Source: Amoebidium appalachense (taxonomy: Eukaryota; Protista; Ichthyosporea). From it: a stretch of DNA of 64,000 bases. The stretch's first letter is position 1, and every line of letters begins with the position of its first letter. The notes under the pieces are model-generated. The model did no database searches. It was not told where the DNA came from and saw only the letters and a program-made list of their open reading frames with translations. Of the stretch, positions 13,513 to 30,987 are shown piece by piece. Both the position numbers and the translations under genes were made by a program. The DNA lies in contig CAVNZM010000017.1 of NCBI GenBank assembly GCA_963693365.1, forward strand, positions 659,989 to 723,988, given 5' to 3'.

Positions 13513-13996
13513 AACACGCACGCACGCACACACACGTGCACGCGCACGTATGCGGTGTACGTGCACACGCATGCACGCACGCGTACAAATCTGGCACAAG
13601 CTCGCACACACTTTGCACTGCAGGTTGAAAGGGGGGGGGGGGGGGGAGCGGGGAGAGAACTAAGGGGGAGGGGGCAGGGGTTAAAATCACAAATCTAACT
13701 GGGGTGAATATGACCAATGACACCATTTTTTTCGGGCTGGCAGATGAGTGAGTCACAAAGGGCCGAAGCAATAGCCATCCACGTGGACCAGAGGGACTAT
13801 GTGGTCCGCACCCTCAGAGAGGTGGGTGTGCTATTTTGGGTACCTTGGGCTAAAAATAGACACCTTATACCCTGTGACTTTACTTCTTCATTCAGAAAAG
13901 AGAAGAATTTTGTTTCTGGTACCAGGAGAGTGCATTGTTGTCTTTCTGGAAATAATGTGTGGCCTGTTTTCTTTTGTGGTTGTGTGCAGATGTTTT

Positions 13997-14069
<73 letters not shown>

Positions 14070-14446
14070 GGGGGGTAGGCGATTGTTTCTGTGTGTTTGT
14101 GTGTGTGGATGTGAAGGTATATGGGGTTTGGGAGAATGTATGCGCGCAAATGGATGGGCGGACGGGAAGGGGGGGGAGGGGGAGGGGGGGGGGGTCTTTT
14201 TCGATTTTTTATTGGGAGCGTTTTGGGTTTGGGTGTGTGTGCTTGAAAACAAAATCACGGGGACGCGGGGAAAGGGGGGGGGGGAGGGGGGGGGGGGGGG
14301 GGGGGGGGGGGGCTTCCCTTTCTTGTTCTCGTAGTGAACAGTTTGTGTTAGTGTTTGTGTGTACATTGTCTGTGCGTGTGCGCACGCGTCTGTGCGTGTG
14401 TGTGTGCGTGCGTGCATGCATGGGTTTGGGTTTTTATTTTTATTTA

Positions 14447-14489
<43 letters not shown>

Positions 14490-14637
14490 AAAGTTACCTC
14501 CTGTGTGTGCTGACATGTTTTGGCCTACTGCACAGGCACGAAGGAAAGGCAACCAAGAGGAGATAATGTCTCTGGAGGCAGCCCTGATGGATCTAAACAG
14601 TGCATTAGAGAGTCTGGGGGTGGACTTGCGTAGATAG
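3084..14637 (+). CDS. RBSN: Rabenosyn-5 / Vac1(Pep7)-like endosomal Rab effector (C2H2 finger, two FYVE domains, C-terminal Rbsn Rab-binding domain), ~18 exons
   Basis: Exons approx. 3084-3190, 3826-3886, 4395-4466, 5156-5211, 6530-6672, 7095-7195, 7836-7878/7917, 8363-8412, 8976-9084, 9911-10016, 10412-10470, 10797-10861, 11399-11485, 12202-12265, ~12673-12718, 13128-13246, 13744-13821, 14536-14637. Motifs: [14 protein letters not shown] (C2H2); WKLD..CYAC..RRHHCRCCGQAFC..CRDC (FYVE1); [22 protein letters not shown]; [37 protein letters not shown] (FYVE2); VVAQLYQKL; [25 protein letters not shown]; [31 protein letters not shown]. There is one apparent 1-nt frameshift in a C-run near 13170. 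Confidence 0.85.
4671..4753 (+). repeat. Short (~85 bp) dispersed repeat, copy 1
   Basis: CCTGGAGATGGGGTCTACTTATTATTCATACTCT...TGGCTTGCACTCTGCATC resembles the reverse complement of ~16770-16862. Confidence 0.7.
7707..7810. repeat. 17-bp intronic tandem repeat (GTGAATTYGTTRCACGT), ~6 units
   Basis: Read directly; also present in the duplicate at ~49845-49948. Confidence 0.85.
8130..8358. repeat. Degenerate intronic tandem repeat built on TATCCAACTGAT
   Basis: The TATCC(A)A core recurs at short irregular intervals up to the acceptor at 8362; duplicated at ~50330-50540. Confidence 0.7.
9532..9786. mobile_element. 255-bp MITE-like element in an RBSN intron
   Basis: TIR CCGTATCTACCATTTTAGCGT / ACGCTAAAATGGTAGATACGG, extending imperfectly to ~34 bp. 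Flanked by the direct repeat AGGT (9528-9531, 9787-9790). Internal palindrome CGACATAGGCCTATGTCG. Confidence 0.8.
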
Positions 14638-15158
14638 TGGTTTTTAACTAATTTTAAAAAAAATAAAGTGAGTTATTAAGGTTTACAGTGTGGGATTGCC
14701 GGATGGTAGTTTAGTCCTTTAATTCTCTTTTTAATGTATGGAATGTAGGTCAAAATATCAGGATTAATTGTTCGGTTTCAATTGTGCCAGTGGACGTTGA
14801 TACGACAAATGAATGTCAGCGGAGAAATGAAGTACAAGTATCTACTTTTAGAAAAGAAAATACGATGTATGAATGCACGAGTTTGGGTCTCACTGTTGTA
14901 AACGATGTGCCGCTATGTATGTAGGGTAGAGGTGGTGGTGTGCCAATGAACGAGAGGAAAGGTAGAAAACAGTGGGTGGGTGTTGCGCTTGCCCACGAAA
15001 TGTTCATATAAGCAAGAAACAGGTTTTCTATGTTAATTCTGCTCAGATTTACTATTATATATACATGTGCATGTAATTAAAACACCGGCAGCAATGGTCA
15101 TGATGTTGGTGTTCATTGTTTCGTCACTGCATGTGTGCATGCATTTAGGGCCTCGAGG

Positions 15159-15236
15159 GAGCTCCGTGTTTTTTTTGTGTGTGTGTGTTTGTGTGTGTGT
15201 GTTTCCTTTGTTTGTTTTGGTGGTGGTGGTTTGCAA

Positions 15237-15279
<43 letters not shown>

Positions 15280-15445
15280 TATCGGGTGTACATCCCATGG
15301 GTCACAGTTACGCAAACCAGTTTTATGGTTGAATATGTATGTGCATGCCAACTTCAGTCAACCTTCGAGCTCCGTGTTTTTTTTGTGTGTGTGGGTTTGT
15401 GTGTGTGTGTTTCCTTTGTTTGTTTTGGTGGTGGTGGTTTGCAAG

Positions 15446-15476
<31 letters not shown>

Positions 15477-15570
15477 TATCGGGTGTACATCCCATGGGTC
15501 ACAGTTACGCAAACCAGTTTTATGGTTAAATATGTATGTGCATGCCAAATTCAGTCAACCTTCGAGCTCC
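15159..15570. repeat. ~200-bp tandem duplication bounded by GAGCTCC
   Basis: Two units (15159-15366, 15367-15563); the paralogous region at ~63361-63558 has only one. Confidence 0.9.
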
Positions 15571-15580
15571 CCAGCAGCCG

Positions 15581-15613
<33 letters not shown>

Positions 15614-15694
15614 CCCTGGCACCAACACACACACACACACACGCACACACACACACGCACGCACGCACGCACGCACGCACACAAACACGCACGT

Positions 15695-15733
<39 letters not shown>

Positions 15734-16302
15734 GGCTCTGTTCACTGCCTGGGTATCAAATGCCTATGCATAGGCATGTATGAAAATTTTCAGGAGCTAC
15801 TAGTCATGTGTGTGGATATTTTTTTATACTATGCATATGGACATTATTGAGAAGCCTATCAAAGGAGACGCAATCGAGATGTGACTGATATCTCAGAAAA
15901 GAAAATACAAAAAGCCTTACTCTCGAATACGGAGGAGATAACGACTTATTATAAGATAATCATATATCGAGAAAACTCGTTAAACATACGGTGATTTAAC
16001 ATATAGTCAATAGAAGTAATATCAGGATTATCGAAAAAAGCCAGTCTTCTAAGTTCGAACGGAATAATCTGAGATAAATAAAAACATCTATCTAGATGTT
16101 TACGAGAAAAAGGTTCAGTGCATATGTACATGTACACCCAAACGTGACGGTATACGTAGTGAAGGCTAACAATGTGGTCACCGTGGTGGACGTGGTTAAT
16201 TTTTTTTTTTATTTTTTTTTTTTGTGGCGGCAGGGGCGGTGGCGGTGGCGGTGGTGTGTGGGTGGTGTGTGTGTGTGTGTGTTTGTTGTTTGGGTGGGTG
16301 GG

Positions 16303-16344
<42 letters not shown>

Positions 16345-16420
16345 GGAGATTATATATTCGGTGCTGGCTTAGTGCACGTTGCCCTATTTGTTTTGACTCA
16401 GGCCAGTACGTACCGGCACA

Positions 16421-16481
<61 letters not shown>

Positions 16482-16711
16482 CCCCCACGCATTGTGCACA
16501 CTGCAGTGTGTGTGTACTGTGTGCGTGTGTGTTTTTGTGGGGAGAAGGGGACTCCGGGGGGGGGGGGGAGGGGGGGGGGGGGGGGGGGGGATACCTGGTG
16601 TAGATCCCATTTACGTAAATTTTAAGAGCGACGGTGTACGTGCGTGTACGTGAATGGTGGATGATCCGGGCTTGATGAGGTTTATAAATTTACCTATGTT
16701 TTTTTTTTTTT

Positions 16712-16755
<44 letters not shown>

Positions 16756-16769
16756 TGAATGCGTCAAAA

Positions 16770-16862
16770 AGTACGAAGTACACAAGAACAAACGGATAAC
16801 ACGATGCAGAATGCAAGCCATACATAAAGAGTATGCATAATAAGTAGAGCCCATCCTCAGGG
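16770..16862 (-). repeat. Short dispersed repeat, copy 2 (inverted relative to 4671-4753)
   Basis: Similarity seen at DNA level and in the pseudo-translations (PPEDGLYLLCILFMYGLHSAS vs [21 protein letters not shown]). Confidence 0.7.
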
Positions 16863-17249
16863 GGGGCCCACGTCATCCACAGTACCCGAGTTTCGACCTA
16901 TTCACCTCGCTAACGAAACCCAACTCAGATACTGTTTTACTTGAACATGGGTAGGTCACCCGTCTTGATCAGAGACGAGCAGGGTTGCTTATGCAGGCAA
17001 GGGCAGTGGGAAAGGCCGGGGGTTAAAGTTGCAGCAGTAAGCAGAAGCAAGAAAAATATAGATAGGAACTCAGGAGACGGGGCTTCTAGGAAGCTCCCCC
17101 GTCGCCACCTAAGTCGATACTTCCCTGGCTAACATACTACACCAGCTGAAAAGAATAAAGTCCCGAAGGCCGCAGAATTCGCAACCAGAGGGGAAGATAT
17201 GAGATTTGACCCACGCCGCAGGGTAGTAACACGCTTACTAGGGCGGAAC

Positions 17250-17401
17250 GGCCCGGGTACCATATCAGGAGCGGGTAATTTTTGAATTCTCCCTCCCCGG
17301 CCCCGCCAGGGAAAATTTGAGGTTTTTGGACCTCAAAGAAGTCAAATCCTGCAAAATCCACTACCGGGAGGCCAAAAAGGGTGATTTCACAAAAAAGCAG
17401 G
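17250..17401. repeat. ~150-bp dispersed repeat, uninterrupted copy (empty site for the DNA transposon at 30683)
   Basis: GGCCCGGGTACCA-TA-TCAGGAGCGGG...CACAAAAAAGCAGG matches 30668-30682 joined to 32838-32974. Confidence 0.9.
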
Positions 17402-17488
17402 TGTTTTTGGGGATAGGCTGCGGGGGCGGGGGCGGAGGGAGGGGGGGATTGGTGTAGGTGTTTCCGGGGGGCGGGGAGGGGGGTGGTG

Positions 17489-17524
<36 letters not shown>

Positions 17525-17530
17525 ATATAC

Positions 17531-22712
<5,182 letters not shown>

Positions 22713-22992
22713 GGTGTAGCGTGCACAGCCACGGCCACGCACGAAAAAAACCTTGAAGCACACACGCACGGACACGACACACAGACACACACAAACGCGC
22801 ACTCCCGCGCACAAGTCGCTCGAGGGGAAACCTTTTGTTTGGTCCAGCCTGATTCGAGTCCGGCTCGTGCCTCCTTTTTCTTTCTTTTTTTTTTTTTTTT
22901 TTTTCCCTTCCCTTTTGAAAAAAAAGTTTTAACATCCATTTGAGTGAATACCCCCAACAAGAATCATCAAGCTGGGCCGCGCCCCCCCCCCT

Positions 22993-23065
<73 letters not shown>

Positions 23066-24316
23066 ACACATACGGTAATACTGTTCGGATCGATGTGTGC
23101 GATCCTCACAATTGCAAAAAATGCTAAGCCGTCTTGAGTACACGAGTTGTCACAGGGCGACGTGTGGGATCATGATTATATGTAGTCGGTCCACAACTTG
23201 GCCTAGATGCTTATTATGTACTACCCGGATTCAAAAGTAGTGTACGTGTCCTTGATTCCCAACTCAGTTTCACAATCTGAGGACATGGTTGCATATATGA
23301 ATTTTTCGTTTTCTGTACATGTATACTATAGGATGTAATATGGTCACCTGTGTTACTAAAATGTCATGTCTCCTTATGATGTTATGTGACGTTAGTGAAA
23401 TTCGAGGTTTTATTTCCGTTGTTGGCTCCATTTTTTTGTAGTAGATTTTATTTAGATCGGAGCATCAGACAGGCAAGACTGAATATATACATAGTACAGA
23501 CGTCGCCATAGACACAGCAAAATAGTCGCTAAGCCGAGATTTACATAACAAAAACGAAAATTCTGCCGTGGGACTGCTAATTATAAAAGCTGCATGTATG
23601 AACTCGACTAGGAGGGTCAACAATTGCTAATTATTAGCCAAGTATATAATAAGAGTGAAGTGCATAGAAAATATCATACTTTAAGATCATTGTACTGAAA
23701 TTGAGCTCTGAACTTCTTTGGAATCCCCACTGCCAATGGCCTACCACCTGGGTGTGTTAAAAGGGGTGGTCAACGACTTAAAACATACATACGAAGCATT
23801 GCCTCCCATCACACTGTCATAGGAAGCAGATTAGACCACAGTGATCACTATGTATGCGCACACCCACAAATGTCGGTTCATAAATTTCTACACAAAGAGA
23901 ATAGATTACTAGTCTAAGAGTACTCCCGGCAGCTACCCCCATGACACACGACGTACACTTCCCGCAGCTGACAAACGCGGCACCTGGCCCTGCCCAGTGG
24001 CAACAGCCGCCAACACAAGTACAGAAGCTGGGGGATAACCTAACCACACAACAAAAGAATCAAGCAAAGTAATCAAATCGAATACTATGTAATATTGCTC
24101 ATGATCAGTTGCAGTTACAGGAGGGCAAATTGACATGAACCTAAACTAACTAGGATGAACGGTATGATGCCTCTAAAGTTCCACATATGATGGTAAAATA
24201 TGCAGGCTCGATCTCAGCCAAGTGTCTTCCAGTGTAGGATGAGTGGGTGTAGGTGAACGAGCGTTCTTCGCGGCCTGCCTCTCCGCTAAGGTGGGTTTCC
24301 GGGCTCTGTTTCGTTA

Positions 24317-25243
24317 TTAAAGGGGTAGTATGGTGGGCGGACTAATAAGGTTATAGCCATATCTGGCTGGACTGAAATTTGTGGGCGGCAGAGGGCCCCG
24401 TGGTTCGTTCCGCTGTGCCCATAGGTCCAGCACAAACCGGTCATATGCTTCGATCGCTTCCAGTTTCCTTGCATAGTACCCAATATGCATCCTTGATGGT
24501 AAAATTTCCTTTTGAGTCCAGGGGCTAGACTTTTTGATAGGTGCCACGTGCTTGTTGGCTAGGGCCTGAACACGCCATGGTTTTGAGGTACTTCTCTCCT
24601 TACACACCCCTATACACCTACCTCTGCGTGCCTGGCTGTCTGTGAGATAATCACTTTCTTCGCAGAAATTAATCCGTCTGATCTTCTCCGACTTAGGCAA
24701 TTTTGAGGCTCTCACAGCCACATCCACAGCACATGCCGCCTCAATCTCAGTCAAAAAGGAACCGATCCGACGTCGTGTGCCGGATTCACCAGAAAATTGC
24801 GCCACCCACACCCTTCCTGTTCTACGAGCCCTGGTATTCTTATGAACACCTCGAAACACTGAGGAATATTCCCTCGTCACCTGTTCCTTCCACCGTTTCA
24901 CCACTCTCTCCGTCTCCTCAGCCGTGGGCACAAATTGCTCCAACAAGCCCAGGCTGACGTTGGTCCTTGCCAGGTATTTCTCGTCCAGCACTTTTGATTG
25001 GACGAGGTATCGAATGGCAACGTCGTTGTATCGTGCAGCAGAAGCCTGGCATTCGAAACAGCCAATGTAAAACGGAATAGCTCGAAGCCTTGACATCCAT
25101 TTGGAAGTTGGTTGGTGCCAACTAACACCCTTGAATTTGGGCTCCTCGTCAGCACCTGAGCCCTGTGTTTTTGTAGACACTGACCTTTCCGCCTGCCTCT
25201 GCAATGTGGGCAGTGGACTCAACGGCCCAGCCACAGAGTTGGC
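24317..25243 (-). CDS. Protein with three tandem AP2/ERF-type DNA-binding domains (long terminal exon; upstream exons likely but unresolved)
   Basis: KFKGVSWHQPTSKWMSRL..YIGCFECQASAARYNDVA; SSVFRGVHK..WVAQF..RRIGSFLTEIEAACAVDVAV..INF; CIGVCK..PWRVQ..HIGYYARKLEAIEAYDRF..TNF. Each fits the (Y/F)RGV..W.A....lG.F....eAA.AYD...NF consensus. Candidate small GT-AG exons lie upstream at ~25859-25932, 26839-26910 and 27390-27443. Confidence 0.8.
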   Translation of the reverse strand, partial: ANSVAGPLSPLPTLQRQAERSVSTKTQGSGADEEPKFKGVSWHQPTSKWMSRLRAIPFYIGCFECQASAARYNDVAIRYLVQSKVLDEKYLARTNVSLGLLEQFVPTAEETERVVKRWKEQVTREYSSVFRGVHKNTRARRTGRVWVAQFSGESGTRRRIGSFLTEIEAACAVDVAVRASKLPKSEKIRRINFCEESDYLTDSQARRGRCIGVCKERSTSKPWRVQALANKHVAPIKKSSPWTQKEILPSRMHIGYYARKLEAIEAYDRFVLDLWAQRNEPRGPLPPTNFSPARYGYNLISPPTILPL

Positions 25244-25352
25244 CTGGTGGAAGCAGATTGTCAGCACTGCATGAAACTTATAAATTGTCTACACTGGGTG
25301 GTACTTCGAGGGTGCATATCGCTGATGTCCGGTGCAGGTGACCGTGTATGTG

Positions 25353-25432
<80 letters not shown>

Positions 25433-25608
25433 CTGTGTGCGCTCTTGTGTTTGTGTGTGCGCGCGCATGTATGTGTATGTGCGTGTATGTGTGTGTGTGT
25501 TTGTGTCTGTGAGTGTGTCAGTGTGTGTGTGTGTGTGTGTGTGTGTTGTGTGGTTGCGTGTGTGCGCGCGCGTATGCATGCGCGTCGTGTGTGTGTGTAT
25601 ATATTCTG

Positions 25609-25666
25609 GATAACACATCTAGACACACGTGTGTGCATGCGCACACGTGTGTCTAGATGTGTTATC
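25609..25666. repeat. Near-perfect 58-bp palindrome
   Basis: GATAACACATCTAGACACACGTGTG-TGCATGCG-CACACGTGTGTCTAGATGTGTTATC. Confidence 0.9.
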
Positions 25667-26109
25667 TGCCCCCCCCCCCCCCCCCCCCCCCCCCTCTCCG
25701 TTTACAAACTCGCTTCCTTGGTAGAGTGTAAGGTGGGAGATGGATAAGGTGGGTGGTTGGGCGAGCGTACGTGGGTTGACTGCGTGGTTTGGCTGCTTGG
25801 GGAGGAGGAGGAGAGGAAGGGGGGGAGGGGGGGGGGGGGGGGGGGGACACAGACATACCCTGATGGAGCCGGTGATGGTTCGGCCGACACAAGTGGAGAA
25901 GTAGGATGAATGGATGATGTGGTCGGATACTCTGCAACGATTGGTCAGGCAATCTGGAAAAAGGGGTGTAAGGGGGCATGGCAAGACCAAAACCAGGCTT
26001 GTATATGTGTGTGCTTGGGTCACCCGGGGTTGGGGGGGGGGGCTGATGTTAGCTTCAACAAATGTGCTTGTGATTTTCTTCAACCTGCAACTGCACCCTT
26101 GCTTATGGA

Positions 26110-26185
<76 letters not shown>

Positions 26186-26218
26186 GGGGGGGGGGGTGAG
26201 CGGGTGCGCGCGCACGCA

Positions 26219-26379
<161 letters not shown>

Positions 26380-26634
26380 GCGCGTGTGTGTGTATATCCT
26401 TGCTGTGTGTGTTTGTCTACACTTCAAGGTTTGTTTTCAGGCGCAAAAACACATGCGCACTTCTCTGGTCTGTGAGCGCGTGGGACTGAATGTCCATGTC
26501 GATGCATGTGAGGCTAAATATATATGCCTACATGTGCGTACCTTTGTAGAAAGCTTCCTTTGTGAGTGTTGATGTGTGGATGGGTGGATGGGCTTGTGTG
26601 CGTGTGGGTGTGTTGCGCGCATGTGCGTGCGTGT

Positions 26635-26694
<60 letters not shown>

Positions 26695-27963
26695 ATTTTG
26701 TGCTTGTGTGTGCGCGCGTGAGTGTGCATATGAGCGCACGCGTGTGTGTGAGGGCTTGTGTGTGTGTGTGTCTGTGTGCCCGTACGAATCACCTGTGAGG
26801 GAACACTTATGTGTGTGTGCACATGGTGAGAAAACACACCTGCCCGTGGTGCCAAGAAGTGCATGTGCCGCTGTGTAGTTGTCGCCACGGCAGTACGGTC
26901 CAGTGGGCGCCTAAAAATAGCTCTGGCAGCCACACGGTTGTGTGCATGGGTGAAAGACCCGCGGGAAAAACATGCCTGCCGACGGGATTGGATTAGTCGA
27001 ACGTGGAGTGGTAGGGGTTGGTTCGTGGCCATGTATGTGAGAGCTTGTGTTGTTGTTTTTTGTGTGTGTGTGTTTTTTTTTTGTTGTTGTTTTTTAACTG
27101 CGGTGGAAGGGGGGGGGGGGGGGGGATGTATGCAGTAAGGGCCGGGGGAGCAGAGCGGATGCAATGACATTGAAAACCCACAGAGAAAAGAGCACAAGTG
27201 ACAACTCCAAAACATGCAGGCAGAAGATAAACAGCATAGCGGGGTTCCTGGGGGGGGGTTGAGGGAGGGGAGGGGAGGGGGAGGGGGAGGGACGCAAGGA
27301 GAATAGATGAGCACAAGAAAACAGGCAGAAGTTTCATTCATTCATTTGCCTCCAATAGCGTTGGGCATGTTTTGGGGGGGGGCACTGACCAGGCGGGCGC
27401 ATGCACATAGGTACAATGGGACACTGCCTCTCCTTCTTCTCCCCTAAGAGCGCAAAGAGGCATGGGTTTGGGCAAGGTGAGAGGCCGAGGGGGGAAGCGA
27501 GCCCCGGGGGGGGAGGGGGGAGGGGTTGATGTATGCGTTAGAGGGTTGGATATATGGGGGAGACATTAGAGGAGAGACTGCAAAACGTCACAAAAATGAA
27601 AAACCTAAAATCTGTCGGGGGGGAGAGGGGGGGGGGGGGGGGGGGGGGGGGGGAGAGGGGGAATGTGTGTGTGTGTGTGGGTGGGTGGGTCTGTGTGTGT
27701 GTGTGTGTGTGGGTGTGGGTGAGTGGGTGAAGGAGGGGGGGGGGGGGGGGGAGAGGCGGGGAGGGGGGTCTCATACTGTGGCTGCTCGGGGGAGGGTGGT
27801 GTTTAGACGGGAAGGCAGCAATCGGCAGAGCCACCCACCAGCCTGTGCCCACCGTCCACTCATGGTGACTGGCTGTGTGTCTGTGTGTGTGTGTTTTTTT
27901 TTGTGTGTTTGTGCGCGCGCGCGTGTGTGTGCGTGCGTGTGTGTGTTGGCGGGTGTGTGTGTG

Positions 27964-28007
<44 letters not shown>

Positions 28008-30682
28008 TGTGCGTGTGCGTGTTGGGGAAAGGTAGGGAGGAGGCCAGGGGGAGGGGGTGGGGGGTGGGGGGGGGGGGCTATTTAGACACACGGAAAAGAG
28101 AAAGTGAACACGACAACACAAACAGAGACCACCACTACAAAAATGAACTTCCATTTGCGAACAAACATCAGACACAACTGACTCCCAGCCTATTGGTGAC
28201 TGCAACAATCGACCCACAACCTTTCTAACACAAAGCGTTTGAATTAGGGGTACGCTAGACTCCTTTGCCCCTCATTACAAGTATCATTACACGTGTGGTC
28301 ACCAAGACGGTACGAGCCTGCACAACACAACAAGCAAATGGTACACAGTGTATTTAAACGCCAGTAATCACGCTGATACGGGTTAGTGGTGCATAGTCTA
28401 TTCTCGTCGGTTGAGTAGGGGGGATTTTTTCACCCTTTTTTTGGGGGGGGGGGGGAGGGGGGGAGGGAAGGGGGGGGGGGGGGGGGACGTGACCCATGTC
28501 ATGGACACCCCTGTGTTTTTTGCAGCAGGCAGCAAGAGGAGAAATGGGCGCCGAGGATGTGGGGGGAAGCGAAAGGGGAGAACGGGGGGATGTCCCGGGT
28601 GCCCGCAGGGGAGGGGGGGGGGGGGGGGGGAGGGGGGGGGGGGGGGGGGGAAGTTGGAGGGAGGTAAAAGGGGTGAATGGAAAGAGAAGGTGGTAAGTGG
28701 GTGTTTGGGGGGCGAGGGAGGGGAGGAACGAGAATGCAGACGGGAAGAAGGGGTGAAATTCGCCAGGTGAGCGGTATAGTGGGAGTGTGTGTGTGTGTGT
28801 GTGTGTGTGGATGGAGGGGATGGGTGGGGGGAGGGGGGGGGGGGAGGGGTTAAGTCATTCAATGCATAGTACACATCCGATAAAGTAGAAGGAGGGAAGG
28901 CACACATGCTTAGCACGTGAGTGTGTAAACACGGATAGACAAGAGGGGGGGGGGGAGGGGGGGGGGGGGGGGCTTTGAGTGAACCCAATTTCAGCCATCC
29001 AGCAAATGTTGTTCACGTTCACATTGCTGTAAGTTAAGATCACACTCCGCCTGCTGAACACTTTCGATGCAATCACCTTGGTAAATAAGCAGAAACAACC
29101 ATCATAGCACCATACAGTGCGTTCAAAGCTGCCCCTTCTTGCACATACCCTTCTTGCACACATAAATCCTTGACTTCTGTACGCACTAGAGAACACCCAT
29201 TTTCCCCCCATTTACGTTTCCAGACCTTTTATTCAATGCTAGTGCATTCACTATCTAGGACGCTATATGATTCTAGTGGTTGTTTGAGTGGATGTCCCTC
29301 ACAAAGACCACCAAGATTTCCCAGTTGCTCTTGCAATATTTCTGGTGCAAGTAGCTCACGCACCACAACATCTACCCTTGCCCACTCTAGCACAGTGCTG
29401 CAAGCGTCCTGCCTTGTAGTTCCTACACTACGAAAATAACAATCATACTGGTAGCTACCAGCATCCACCCTGCGGAACACATATTCCCTTCCACCCTCCC
29501 TTCCACAAAACACATTTTTCTTCCTTTTCACAAAGAATAAAAAGCAGCACGCAGGAAAAAACTAACAATATGGCAAACTCGTACCTTTTCAAGAGCAAGC
29601 CCTGTAACCAGCGTGTGCTTAATCTCCACACTGCACAGATGTTGACCACCAACTAATCAACAACGGAGTTGACCAAATGCTCTCAAAGATGCACCGCGAA
29701 ATGTCGTTGCAATACGCCGCACACCTCTCACGTACTGACGGTGTGCACGCGCTGCGATGAACTTTACGTTCGCTGTAGACGGGCACACGTACGGTTTTAT
29801 CGTCACCTAACCAATCGAATCGGCTAGACTCGAACCACCATGATATGCAACCAATCAGTTCGGAAATACGTGTGCCAGGATGTTTTGCCTTTCGATTCCA
29901 GCGCGTGCGTTTTGACCCCACCTTGAGGCAATTTTTAAAAGACTTAAACAGCCATTCAGTGAAAAGGCTCGAAGCGAAGCAAATTTGATTTCTTTGCATG
30001 ATTTTGATGCAATCGCTGACAAGGCATTGATAACGTCATGCATAACGTCATTCATTCCCGCTCGAATTCAAACCTCTGGACGGCCATCTCGACCGTTCAG
30101 TACCGGTACCGGACTCCTCCGTGTGTCTTATGTCTGTCTGTTAACACCGTCACAAACCGTTGGTTGCAGCCTATTATTAATACTCTCGGTTGCAGCTGCT
30201 TACTATGTGCCTGTGTCTGTAACCTGTTTCTAACACCGTCAACCTTACGTATACTGTGTGTCATCTTTTTGGTCGTTTCATCGTTTTGTGGCCTTTCAGG
30301 ATTAAATGGGCTATGGTTTAACTGCACCAGCGATTATGCGATCTCATCTGAGTCAACCCTGTATTATCATATATGAACCAGAGACCAATAGATGGGCAGC
30401 TTTGAACATCAGCCAATCACCGGACAGCATGATGCAGTCATCGTTGGTGGCTCCGATTTTTCCTTACACTCTCGCGACCGCGTGCATGCTTTCTGTCGCG
30501 GCGCCTCGACGGTTCGATGGAGTCCAGTGTTCGCTGAATGTGTAAGGAAAAAAAAGGAGCCATCTCAGTAGGTGGCAGGCCGCACACGCGTATTTTACAA
30601 ACCCTTAGGTTTAAACAATATTGAAGTTGCCAAAAATCCGCCTCGACCCGCCACATGAAACCCTGCTGGCCCGGGTACCATA

Positions 30683-30801
30683 CAGGGGTCGACTAAATTT
30701 AAGATTTTCCGAAATTAAGATTGTAGCGCTAGAAATTTTGGAAAATTTAAGATTCTAGCCGGCTGGACCTTCAAGTCTATCCTTAAGATTTTTTTCGCTA
30801 G

Positions 30802-30864
<63 letters not shown>

Positions 30865-30939
30865 ACACCACCACCACCACCGTGACCACCTTGAAACCCC
30901 CCCCTCCCCCCCCCCCCCCTCCCCCTCCCCCGGGACTAT

Positions 30940-30987
<48 letters not shown>

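Noticed and set aside
22795-22880. tRNA-like T-arm (GATTCGAGTCC) followed by a T-run
   Set aside because: No matching acceptor stem, D-arm or anticodon arm could be built.
28980-29660. Possible 5' exons of the AP2 gene or a separate small gene
   Set aside because: Some splice-like signals exist, but no consistent phase or recognisable domain could be established.
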